DNA of 32,000 nucleotides from Synechococcus sp. A15-28 (GCF_014280175.1 NZ_CP047931.1:2220001-2252000), one strand, 5' to 3'; positions 20,604-28,566 are shown, counted from the stretch's first letter. Notes: generated by a model from the sequence alone, not told the origin. Numbers and translations are program-made.

Positions 20604-21886
20604 GTACTCCCCAGCGGTTGGAGCTGCCCTGGCGTGAGCCGATTGTGGTGGCCCGCCAGCTGGACGGCGATAACGGGCTGATCTGGCTGGATGGGGACGG
20701 CAGTGATCTGGGCCGCTGGGTGACCCTGGCCAGCCAGCCCCAGGAGGTGATCCACTGCCGGGGCCTTCCGGGGGACACCGAAGCCCGCGACCCCTTCGCC
20801 GCACTCAAGGGACTGGGTCCTGGCCACTGGAGCGGCTGGCTGAGTTACGAGGCGGCCGCCTGGACTGAAGCCGGCAACCCCTGGTCCAGGGATGCCATGG
20901 CCAGCCTGTGGATCGCACGCCACGACCCACTGCTGCGGTTTGACCTGCAGCAACGGCAACTCTGGATCGAAGGCACCAATCCGGCGGCGATGCAGCAGCT
21001 GGCGGCGCGTCTGCAGCAGACAGCTCCGATCCCCCCTGCCCCTCCCACGATTCCGCTTGAGGCCTGGCATCAACACACCAGCCGCGAGGGCTTCGCCGAT
21101 GGTGTGCGCCGAATCCGGGCGCTGATCGCCGCCGGTGATTTGTTCCAGGCCAACCTCACCGCCTGTTGCAGCACCAACTGGCCCAGTGATGCCTCCGCGG
21201 TGGAGCTGTTCCAACGGATTCGTCACCAGTGCCCAGCGCCGTTTGCCGGGCTGGTGGCGACAGGCAACGGCGAAGCCCTGCTCTCCTCCTCGCCCGAACG
21301 ATTTCTGCAGGTGGACCCCACCGGTCGGGTCGAGACCCGACCGATCAAGGGCACCCGGCCACGCCACAGCAATCCAGACCTCGACGCCGACATGGCGGCG
21401 GAGCTGGTCTGCAGCGACAAGGACCGGGCCGAGAACGTGATGATCGTGGATCTGCTGCGCAATGACCTCGGCCGCGTCTGCATCCCGGGCTCCATCCAGG
21501 TATCGCAACTGCTCGGCCTGGAGAGTTATCCCGCAGTTCACCACCTGACCTCCGTGGTGGAGGGCCAGCTGCAGCCAGGGCTCAACTGGGTGGATCTGCT
21601 GCGGGCCTGCTGGCCGGGGGGCTCGATCAGCGGCGCCCCGAAGCTCAGGGCCTGCCAACGCCTCCAGGAGCTGGAACCCACCAGCCGCGGCCCCTACTGC
21701 GGCTCCCTGATCCGCATCGACTGGAACGGTCGCTTTGACAGCAACATCCTGATCCGCTCCCTGATCCGCAAGGACCGCACGCTGCGGGCCCATGCCGGTT
21801 GCGGCATCGTTGCCGATTCCGACCCCGACGGCGAAGCCGAGGAGCTGATGTGGAAACTGCAGCCCCTGCTGGAGGCCCTGGCTTGA
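20600..21886 (+). CDS. pabB: Aminodeoxychorismate synthase component I (chorismate-binding enzyme family)
   Basis: Chorismate-binding motifs are present: [44 protein letters not shown]. Start set at ATG 20600, overlapping the queC stop (ATGA). Assignment as PabB rather than TrpE is inferred from the adjacent class IV aminotransferase gene. Confidence 0.85.
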   Translation: MSTPQRLELPWREPIVVARQLDGDNGLIWLDGDGSDLGRWVTLASQPQEVIHCRGLPGDTEARDPFAALKGLGPGHWSGWLSYEAAAWTEAGNPWSRDAMASLWIARHDPLLRFDLQQRQLWIEGTNPAAMQQLAARLQQTAPIPPAPPTIPLEAWHQHTSREGFADGVRRIRALIAAGDLFQANLTACCSTNWPSDASAVELFQRIRHQCPAPFAGLVATGNGEALLSSSPERFLQVDPTGRVETRPIKGTRPRHSNPDLDADMAAELVCSDKDRAENVMIVDLLRNDLGRVCIPGSIQVSQLLGLESYPAVHHLTSVVEGQLQPGLNWVDLLRACWPGGSISGAPKLRACQRLQELEPTSRGPYCGSLIRIDWNGRFDSNILIRSLIRKDRTLRAHAGCGIVADSDPDGEAEELMWKLQPLLEALA

Positions 21887-22713
21887 CTGGGGGGATCGCC
21901 TGGTGTGAGGGCCGTTGGGGCACAGCGGCTGAGCTGAGCCTTCCCCTGGATGACCGAGGCCTGCAACTCGCCGATGGATTGTTCGAAACGGTGTTGATCC
22001 GGGCCGGTCAGCCCTGTCTGCTGGACGAGCACCTGGCGCGATGGTGTGAAGCCAGCAAGCTGCTGGGCCTGGATCCCCCGCCGGACCACGACCAGTTGAT
22101 GCCCCTGATCCAGGAGGCCGTGCACCGAGCGCTCCCCGACCAGGAGTGCGGCGCCCTGCGGCTCAACTGGAGTCGGGGTTCATCCCCGCAGCGGGGGATC
22201 GCACCACCACTGCCGGGGCGGCATCGGTTCTGGCTGACGCTTCAGCCCTGGATACCGAGCTTCAACCCGATCTCCGCGATCATCAGTCGCCTGGAGCGCC
22301 GTAACTGCGACAGTGTGCTGAGCCGTTGCAAGACCTTTGCCTACGGTCAGGCCGTGCAAGCAAGGCGGGAAGCCTCACAACAGGGCTGCGACGACGCCCT
22401 GTTGCTGAACACCAGGGGCGAACTCTGCTGCAGCACCACCGCCAATCTGCTGTTGAAGCCTGGCGGAGAGGGGGCCGATGCTCCCTGGCTGACACCGCCG
22501 TTGCGCAGTGGCTGCCTGCCGGGGGTGATGCGGGCCCGGGCCCTGCAACTGGGGCTGGCGGTGGAAGCGGAACTGGGAGAGAGCCCTGGCCCCGACAATC
22601 AGCTGCTGTTGATCAACAGCCTCAGCTGCCGAGGGGTGTTGAGCCTCGACGATCAACCCCTCAGCAAACAAGCCCTGGCGGGCGAGTCGTTGTGGCAGGC
22701 ACTGCTTGATTAG
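21883..22713 (+). CDS. pabC: Aminodeoxychorismate lyase (class IV aminotransferase fold)
   Basis: Class IV fold pattern is present: DRGLQLADGLFETV, ...TFAYGQAV.A..EA...G.DDALLLN. Proposed start is TTG 21883, overlapping the pabB stop (TTGA). The start is uncertain. Confidence 0.7.
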   Translation: MTGGIAWCEGRWGTAAELSLPLDDRGLQLADGLFETVLIRAGQPCLLDEHLARWCEASKLLGLDPPPDHDQLMPLIQEAVHRALPDQECGALRLNWSRGSSPQRGIAPPLPGRHRFWLTLQPWIPSFNPISAIISRLERRNCDSVLSRCKTFAYGQAVQARREASQQGCDDALLLNTRGELCCSTTANLLLKPGGEGADAPWLTPPLRSGCLPGVMRARALQLGLAVEAELGESPGPDNQLLLINSLSCRGVLSLDDQPLSKQALAGESLWQALLD

Positions 22714-22759
22714 CACGATATCCTATCGATATTACGTAGATATCACGCAAATATCGTGC
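22713..22759. terminator. AT-rich palindrome cluster / possible bidirectional terminator between convergent pabC and gpgP
   Basis: 9-bp perfect inverted repeat gcacgatat (22713-22721) / atatcgtgc (22751-22759). It encloses nested short palindromes: gatatc twice, atcgat and tacgta. Confidence 0.35.
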
Positions 22760-23552
22760 CGCCCAAAGGAAGCAGCCGTACCACCGCCTCCGCCCATCCC
22801 TCCGCATGGGCGGCGCGGGCGAGCTCAAATCGTCCGCTCTGCACTCCAGCGGACAACTGCGGATGGGGACCATCCACACCAGGCACCACCACCGCCAGGT
22901 CCGCCACCTCCAGCAGGGGCAGATCATTGGGGGAGTCCCCGAGGGCCAGCACCTTCACATCCGGTTTACCCAGACGCTGCTTCAGAGCCGCCAGGGCGTT
23001 CCCTTTGCTGACCCCCCCGCCGAGCAGGTGACACATCCGGTTGCCCCGCACAACGGCCAACTCCTGGGCCGCCGCCAGGGCATCGAGGCGTGGCTGAATC
23101 GCCAGAGGGGGCGGTACAAAGGGCACGCTGCACCGCCGCCGTTGGGCCTGCTGCAGCAACGCGCCGGAGAGTCCAAGCAGGCGTTCCCCCTCCGCCTCCG
23201 TGAGCTCATCGAGCGCCTGCAGAGGTTCAGCCAACTGCTCCGACAGCTCCTGCAAGCGTGGTTTCAACGCCGACCAACCGGGCCCCAGCGCCTCCTCCCA
23301 GGGCTGACCCGTTGCCGTTTCACCGTGGATGGCTCCCCCGTTCTCGACGATGTACGGGTCCCGCAGCTGAGCTGCAGTACGGAAGCGCTCCACCTCCTCC
23401 GCCGTTTTGCTCGTGCAGGGAATCACGGGGACACCTGCCCGTTGCAGAGAGCGCAGCACCGCCGCCGCCGGCGACCAGTCGTACTGATTGTCCATCAGGG
23501 TGCCATCGAGGTCGGTGACCACCCACCAACGGCAACTCTGGGGGTCGCTCAT
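22743..23552 (-). CDS. gpgP: HAD-IIB hydrolase, glucosyl/mannosyl-3-phosphoglycerate phosphatase family
   Basis: HAD motif I VVTDLDGTLMD, CTSKT, and GDSPNDLPLL. Start set at ATG 23552, overlapping the upstream GH13 stop (ATGA on the minus strand). The function is inferred from the family and from linkage to gpgS. Confidence 0.75.
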   Translation of the reverse strand: MSDPQSCRWWVVTDLDGTLMDNQYDWSPAAAVLRSLQRAGVPVIPCTSKTAEEVERFRTAAQLRDPYIVENGGAIHGETATGQPWEEALGPGWSALKPRLQELSEQLAEPLQALDELTEAEGERLLGLSGALLQQAQRRRCSVPFVPPPLAIQPRLDALAAAQELAVVRGNRMCHLLGGGVSKGNALAALKQRLGKPDVKVLALGDSPNDLPLLEVADLAVVVPGVDGPHPQLSAGVQSGRFELARAAHAEGWAEAVVRLLPLGGTIFA

Positions 23553-25294
23553 GCCTGAATCAGCCAATGCACGGCATAAGGTTCCAACTGAAGTTGAGAA
23601 GCGTGGGTCTCGGAGGATCCGCTCAGACAATCGGCCCAGGCGAGACCGGCGTGACCACCGAGACGCCCCAGGGCCAGGGTCAACCGCGAGGAGGTGACGT
23701 TGTGAACCGCCACCAGGGTCTGGCCGCCGCCACGGCGACGCAGCATCACCAGATCGGAGCGGCCAGCACTCAACACCTCCATGGCGGCATCGGGATGCAG
23801 GGCCGGCTGATCGCGGCGCACCCGCAGGGCATGACCCAGGGTCGTGGTCACGGCGGTGGCATCGCTGTCGGGATCCTGAAGTCGCCGCTCAACAGCCTCT
23901 GCCTTGAACTGCGGGCGGTTGAGATCCCTGCGCTGACCGGTGCGACGGAACGTGCCCAGGTCATTGGGCGTGGCCAACAGGGCCGGCAGATAAAAGGCCG
24001 GTACCCCGGGCAGCGCCAACACCAGCAGCTGAGTCATCAGGAAACGGGCCCGCTGCCAATGGGCCGGATCGATTCCGCCATCGGCCATTGCACTCCACCA
24101 ACTGATGTTGATCTCGTAGGGGGCCTCTTCACCGTTGGTGAGGCGGCGATGGCTGATCAGACCGCCCCGCTGCTCGCAGGCGATCAACAACTGCAGCCTC
24201 CGCTCATCCGACATCAACCCCTCCAGGGCCCGCAGACCCACACCGTCATGGCAAGCGGTGAAGTTGAACAGGCCTGTGGACTCCGGCAATGCCGGCCAAC
24301 GGTTGAGCCAGCCGTTCAACAGATCGGCACGCCCACTGATGGCCGCCTCCAGCAACAAAGGCGGCAACGGAAAGTTGTAAGCCAGGTGCGCCTCTCGGCC
24401 ACTGACCAGATAGGAAAGATTCTCCTCTTCCGGCACGTTGGTCTCCGTCACCACCACCCCGTCGCAACAGCTGCGTTCCATCAGCTGCCGCAGCACCTCA
24501 ACAATGCGATGGGCTTCAGGCAGGTGGATGCAGCCGGTCCCTGGCGTCTTCCAGATAAACCCCACCGCATCCAGACGGACCCAGCGGACCCCATGGCGGA
24601 GCATCCGGTCGAGCAGCCGTGTGAATCCCAGCAACACCTCCGGACTTCGCCAATCGACATCAACCTGGTCGGGCCCGAAGGTCGTCCATACCTGACGCGG
24701 ACCGTCCGATCCGCTCAGCTGGGTGAACAGGGAGGAGCTGCGCGGCCGCACCACCTGGTCCCAGCAAGGGTCGGGCGCGGCCTCCAGCACACAGGAGCGA
24801 CCCGGCTCCTCATCGCGCAGGAACTGCCTGACCCAGGGGTGGGCGGCGGAGATGTGATTCAGCACCAGATCCGCCATCAGACGACGCCCCTCAGCGAGGT
24901 CCGCCAGATCGTCCCAGTCACCGAAGCGCGGCTCGATCCGGTCGTGGCTGGCCACCGCAAAGCCGCCATCACTGGTGGAGGTCAGAAACGGCAGCACATG
25001 CACCACCTCAGCGAAGGGCCGCAGGCGGTTGTTGAGTAGCTGACGCAGGCTGCGCAACGCGGGCACCCCATGCTCCACCACCGTATCGGCATAGGTGATC
25101 AGCACCGCATCGGCGCCTGTCCAGAGATCCGTCGCAACGGGCGGGTCGTCGTTTGCTGACGCACCACGCAAAATCTGCAGCAATTGCGACGACAGCTGCT
25201 CGGAATCAGCGGAAGAATCCTCGAGGTAGAGGTTCTCCAGCAGGCCCTGCAGCGTTTCAGCGCTCAAGGTCTGCATATCGGCTCTCCTGAACAT
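23549..25294 (-). CDS. GH13_18 sucrose-phosphorylase-family protein (candidate glucosylglycerate phosphorylase)
   Basis: Sucrose-phosphorylase-like catalytic regions are present: VRLDAVGFIW, VVTETNVP, FTACHDGVGLR. 581 aa. Alternative start at ATG 25276. Confidence 0.8.
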   Translation of the reverse strand: MFRRADMQTLSAETLQGLLENLYLEDSSADSEQLSSQLLQILRGASANDDPPVATDLWTGADAVLITYADTVVEHGVPALRSLRQLLNNRLRPFAEVVHVLPFLTSTSDGGFAVASHDRIEPRFGDWDDLADLAEGRRLMADLVLNHISAAHPWVRQFLRDEEPGRSCVLEAAPDPCWDQVVRPRSSSLFTQLSGSDGPRQVWTTFGPDQVDVDWRSPEVLLGFTRLLDRMLRHGVRWVRLDAVGFIWKTPGTGCIHLPEAHRIVEVLRQLMERSCCDGVVVTETNVPEEENLSYLVSGREAHLAYNFPLPPLLLEAAISGRADLLNGWLNRWPALPESTGLFNFTACHDGVGLRALEGLMSDERRLQLLIACEQRGGLISHRRLTNGEEAPYEINISWWSAMADGGIDPAHWQRARFLMTQLLVLALPGVPAFYLPALLATPNDLGTFRRTGQRRDLNRPQFKAEAVERRLQDPDSDATAVTTTLGHALRVRRDQPALHPDAAMEVLSAGRSDLVMLRRRGGGQTLVAVHNVTSSRLTLALGRLGGHAGLAWADCLSGSSETHASQLQLEPYAVHWLIQA

Positions 25295-25345
25295 CGCTCA
25301 GGTATGGGTCATGACCTCATCAACTGTTGTCGCATTAAGCACCGG

Positions 25346-26623
25346 ATGGATTTTCAGCAGAGCCTGATCACCACGGTTCATGACTACAGCCTGGGCAACC
25401 TGGATGCTGTTGCCTTCAACCGCGAGCTGAGCCAGCGGCCGACGACGCTGTTGATCCCCTGTCTGATGGAGGAGTTCAGCCGTCCAGCACTGGCGCTGAT
25501 CCGCGACACTCTGTCGTCATTGAAAGGCCTCAATCGCCTCGTCATTGCTCTGGCCGCTGAAAGCGCGGAGGACGTAGCCCATGCCGAAGCCTTCTTCGCC
25601 GGCATGCCCTTTCCCGTTCAGGTGCACTGGACCAATGGCCCAGCCGTGAAGTACTTGCTTGAGTCCATGGGCGCCCTGGGACTCGAGGTCACCGGTCCCC
25701 CCGGCAAGGGCTGGGCGGTCTGGCAAGGGCTTGGGGTGGCCTGTCAGGACGCCGAAGTGGTGGGCCTGTTTGACGCCGACATCCGCACCTTCGGCTCGGC
25801 ATACCCGGAGCGGATGTTGCGTCCACTGCTGGATCGCTCCCACGGCATCGCCTACGTCAAGGCCTTCTACAGCCGGCTATCGCTGGAAACCCAGGCGCTG
25901 CAGGGTCGGGCCACCCGCCTGTTCGTCGGTCCTCTGCTGGTCAGCCTCGAACAGATCTTTGGCCCACTGCCGTACCTGCGCTATCTGCAGTCTTTTCGCT
26001 ACCCCTTGGCTGGTGAATTCGCCTTCACCACCGATCTGGCGATGAATCTGCGCATCCCCTCCGATTGGGGCCTGGAGATGGGGTTGCTCTCGGAGGTATT
26101 CCGTCATGTCGCCACCAGTCGCATTGCCCAGGTGGATCTGGGGCTGTTTGATCACAAGCACAAAGGACTCGGAAGCAAACCCAGTGAGGGGTTGCAACGC
26201 ATGGCCGGTGAAATCTTCGGAACCGTTTTGCGCAGCTTGATGGAGCACGAGGGCGCCGTGATCTCGATGGATCAGATTCCCACCCTTGAGGTGCTCTACC
26301 GACGCGTCGGTGAGGATCGGGTGCGCCAATTCGGCATTGATTCGGCGATCAACCGGCTCCCCTATAACCGCCATGGAGAAGAACTGGCTGTGCACAGTTT
26401 TGCTGAACTGCTGCGGCCAGGACTCTCCCGCCTAATGGAGTCTCCAGTTGCTCATCAGCTCCCCAGTTGGTCACGACTGAAAAGCTGCAATCCTTCGCTT
26501 CAAGGCGACCTAAGTGCAGCAGGTCAAATGGATCGCACTACATCTCGAACATTGCCCCAGTCTCAACCATTGCGTCGACCCAATCACAAACCCAGATCAT
26601 CAACATCTGAGCTTGTTGCCTGA
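25346..26623 (+). CDS. gpgS: Glucosyl-3-phosphoglycerate synthase (GT81)
   Basis: N-terminus MDFQQSLITTVHDY and DxD-type motif VVGLFDADIRTF. Divergent from the GH13-gpgP pair. Start at ATG 25346, because the 25184 start would overlap the GH13 gene. G+C falls in the last ~65 codons. Confidence 0.8.
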   Translation: MDFQQSLITTVHDYSLGNLDAVAFNRELSQRPTTLLIPCLMEEFSRPALALIRDTLSSLKGLNRLVIALAAESAEDVAHAEAFFAGMPFPVQVHWTNGPAVKYLLESMGALGLEVTGPPGKGWAVWQGLGVACQDAEVVGLFDADIRTFGSAYPERMLRPLLDRSHGIAYVKAFYSRLSLETQALQGRATRLFVGPLLVSLEQIFGPLPYLRYLQSFRYPLAGEFAFTTDLAMNLRIPSDWGLEMGLLSEVFRHVATSRIAQVDLGLFDHKHKGLGSKPSEGLQRMAGEIFGTVLRSLMEHEGAVISMDQIPTLEVLYRRVGEDRVRQFGIDSAINRLPYNRHGEELAVHSFAELLRPGLSRLMESPVAHQLPSWSRLKSCNPSLQGDLSAAGQMDRTTSRTLPQSQPLRRPNHKPRSSTSELVA

Positions 26624-26714
26624 ACGGACTTGAATAAAATGTAAACGAGTCAAATTGGCCCCAATCGTCAGATTGGAGCCAATTTCTATTCGTTTAGACA
26701 AATCCCAAGACGCA

Positions 26715-26894
26715 TCAAAGAGCCTGCTGCTGCCGCATTACCCATTGCGTCGCAGCGCGCTGGGATTGCCAGGCATGGAGAAGTTGCTTGGCAAGCGTCT
26801 GCAACTGCGCTGGGTCTGCAGTGGCTTCAATGGCACGGTTCATCCGCTCCACTTCAAAGCATTGCGTCGTGGACATTGCAATCGATTCCCGCAT
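26715..26894 (-). CDS. Candidate NblA-like small helical protein (59 aa)
   Basis: The sequence MRESIAMSTTQCFEVERMNRAIEATADPAQLQTLAKQLLHAWQSQRAATQWVMRQQQAL matches NblA proteins as I recall them in length and in the helix-loop-helix pattern (xxxEQxF...V/I......Q...L......R.AT.Q...). GGAG lies 6 nt upstream of ATG 26894. The overlapping plus-strand ORF looks non-coding. Confidence 0.4.
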   Translation of the reverse strand: MRESIAMSTTQCFEVERMNRAIEATADPAQLQTLAKQLLHAWQSQRAATQWVMRQQQAL

Positions 26895-26947
26895 CACTTA
26901 CTCCAATTGAAGACTTCACTATTTTCATGCCACCACGAAAAAGAATT

Positions 26948-26961
26948 GTTTCATTTGAAAC
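26948..26961 (-). promoter_or_regulatory. NtcA-like palindrome GTTTCA-TT-TGAAAC (fits GT-N10-AC)
   Basis: Perfect 6+2+6 palindrome. On the minus strand it sits 21 nt upstream of a -10-like GAAAAT (26926-26921), about 30 nt upstream of the NblA-like start codon. Confidence 0.3.
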
Positions 26962-27160
26962 GAAACATCCACACTGTGTGAACTTTCAGACTTATTGACT
27001 GATCAACCCACACTCCGCAACCAAAAAGAGCCGCGCCATCATCAAAAGGTCGCTAAAGCTACCAAACCAACTGCATCTGTATCACGGGGTCTAAACGAAA
27101 TCTGAAAGCATTTCCAATTCGTGCCCAATCCAACACTCCACTGGCGCAGAGTTCTGCAAA

Positions 27161-27433
27161 GTGGCATCATTCTGGGATTCTGACATGATTGAGTGCGTCT
27201 ACCGCAACGACACTGACCGAATGGTGATTGTTAAATGTGTCGGTGATGACCACTTTTACCGTGAAAAGGTTGTGCTTCCCACTGAGATGTTCTGGTTTGA
27301 AGCCCCTGAACAGGCGCGGCTTGAAATCTGGAAAATGTCGGTGAGCGGTCAGATGCTGCACGTACGCGCCGATGTGAGCGAGTACGCCATGAATCAAGAC
27401 GAGGCGGCCACCGAAACAGTCTGGGCCTGCTAA
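27161..27433 (+). CDS. DUF1830 domain protein (cyanobacteria-specific small protein)
   Basis: The pattern C.Y.N.T......V......FYREKVVLP....WFEAPEQARLEI matches my recollection of DUF1830 (C.Y.N.T...I.RI....W.FERVVFPG..LLFEAP.EA.LEI). Start is GTG 27161 or ATG 27185. Confidence 0.65.
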   Translation: MASFWDSDMIECVYRNDTDRMVIVKCVGDDHFYREKVVLPTEMFWFEAPEQARLEIWKMSVSGQMLHVRADVSEYAMNQDEAATETVWAC

Positions 27434-27463
27434 ATCGCTCCAGCCCCAGGACCTCAAGGAGGG

Positions 27464-27730
27464 CTAGCGGCCAATCAGATCGACTCCGAGCAGCTCAGCA
27501 GTCATCCTTGAGCGCAGAAAGCCCCCGGGACGGAGGGTCTTCGCCTTTGCCGCAGATGCTCCAGCCTCAAATGCATGCCGTTGATCATCTTGCACATCGT
27601 CGGAGAGGCTAAGAAGCTCAGCAGTTTTCTTGGAACGGATGATCTGGCAACTTGCCGTCTTCCGCCCGGAAGGCCGGTAGAGCAGTTGAGACGTTTGAAT
27701 AATCGAGCGTTGAGATTGAAGTTTGGACAT
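27464..27730 (-). CDS. Hypothetical small protein (88 aa) with internal TAELL repeat
   Basis: ATG 27730 is preceded by GGAGAGGACGA (SD-like). It carries two copies of (I/L)RS(K/R)xTAELL(S/G)(L/V). I recognise no family. Confidence 0.4.
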   Translation of the reverse strand: MSKLQSQRSIIQTSQLLYRPSGRKTASCQIIRSKKTAELLSLSDDVQDDQRHAFEAGASAAKAKTLRPGGFLRSRMTAELLGVDLIGR

Positions 27731-27958
27731 TCGTCCTCTCCGAGATGAACAGGTCCCCGTTCCTTGACCTGAGAACCACTGCGCCCTGAACCAGGGTGAA
27801 CGGCTGGTATTGGTTGATACAGATAAATCATGGCAAGCCAATGGATACAGACGTCGTTCGTGTCGAAACAAAATGGCAAACGGTTAATATTCTTCACAAA
27901 GGTCTGCCCCAGCAAAGTAGGAGGTGCCCATGTACGGCATGTCCCTGCCCGAAAGCAA

Positions 27959-28438
27959 TTGAAGAATCTCTTACCAATTGGAGCGATAGCCTGCCTACTC
28001 TCCGTGACAACGACAGCAATTCAAGGGTGCTACCGGCAAGCCAAGGAAACTCCCAGTCATGAAGCTCAACCCGGCGACACGCTTGTGGTGAAGGGAGGTG
28101 CAGAGATACGCCTGACCCACACCTTCAAACCAGGAGAACCCAATGGACTCTTCGATGGAGGAATCAGGGTCACAACGGATCAATCCGTGACGAGCACTGC
28201 AGAGGTGAATGCGGTCTGCAGCATGCCTGATCTGCCGAACTGGCCTCAGTACGACAACATTTATGGACGTTGGTTAACGGACGGCGAAACGCCTGGTGTC
28301 GAGGGGGGAAAAACGGACTGGCAACTGTTGCTCTATTTCAATGGCCAGACCGAGGAGAAGGGCCGCGAACCAGCTCCTGCATGGGCCCAACGCCTCGCGC
28401 AAAACCTTTGTCGAAAAGGAGATTTCCTAGACGACTGA
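27959..28438 (+). CDS. Putative lipoprotein, unknown function
   Basis: From TTG 27959 the product begins MKNLLPIGAIACLLSVTTTAIQG|C, a classical n-h-lipobox-like signal with Cys at residue 24. The longer ATG 27830 start would add 43 non-signal residues. Confidence 0.5.
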   Translation: MKNLLPIGAIACLLSVTTTAIQGCYRQAKETPSHEAQPGDTLVVKGGAEIRLTHTFKPGEPNGLFDGGIRVTTDQSVTSTAEVNAVCSMPDLPNWPQYDNIYGRWLTDGETPGVEGGKTDWQLLLYFNGQTEEKGREPAPAWAQRLAQNLCRKGDFLDD

Positions 28439-28566
28439 GCTACCTAGGGAGGCCAAGCATCTCCGTAATGGCCAACGGTCGCCCAACAAAATGACACAAC
28501 AGTGGCAATTGATACGGCCAGGCTCTCCTCGAGACCTGACTATGGGAATGGTTCTCGTTCTCGCCA

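Noticed and set aside
25184-25345. Longer starts were considered for gpgS (25184), speE (2201), aspS (5952), fmdB (30152), gpgP (23630) and pabC (21799).
   Set aside because: Each extension overlaps a neighbouring well-supported gene and translates into Arg/Pro-rich or otherwise non-homologous sequence. The internal starts coincide with the conserved family N-termini or with 4-nt start/stop overlaps.
26655-26981. A 108-aa plus-strand ORF overlaps the NblA-like gene.
   Set aside because: Its translation is low-complexity, Arg/Leu/His-rich and has no SD. The opposite-strand 59-aa ORF has an SD, a promoter-like context and a coherent helical sequence.
26962-27160. Recurrent CACACT-type words and the cacac-t-gtgtg palindrome between the NblA-like and DUF1830 genes might indicate a small RNA, for example a Yfr-like one.
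   Set aside because: I could not match any picocyanobacterial sRNA signature I know, such as the Yfr1 ACUCCUCACAC core. No terminator hairpin is present.
27502-27915. A 137-aa minus-strand ORF and the 135-aa version (27464-27871) of the small gene.
   Set aside because: The 137-aa frame looks non-protein-like. For the other frame, only the internal ATG 27730 has an SD-like GGAGAGG, and the upstream part (MFRHERRLYPLACH...) looks like read-through of intergenic DNA.
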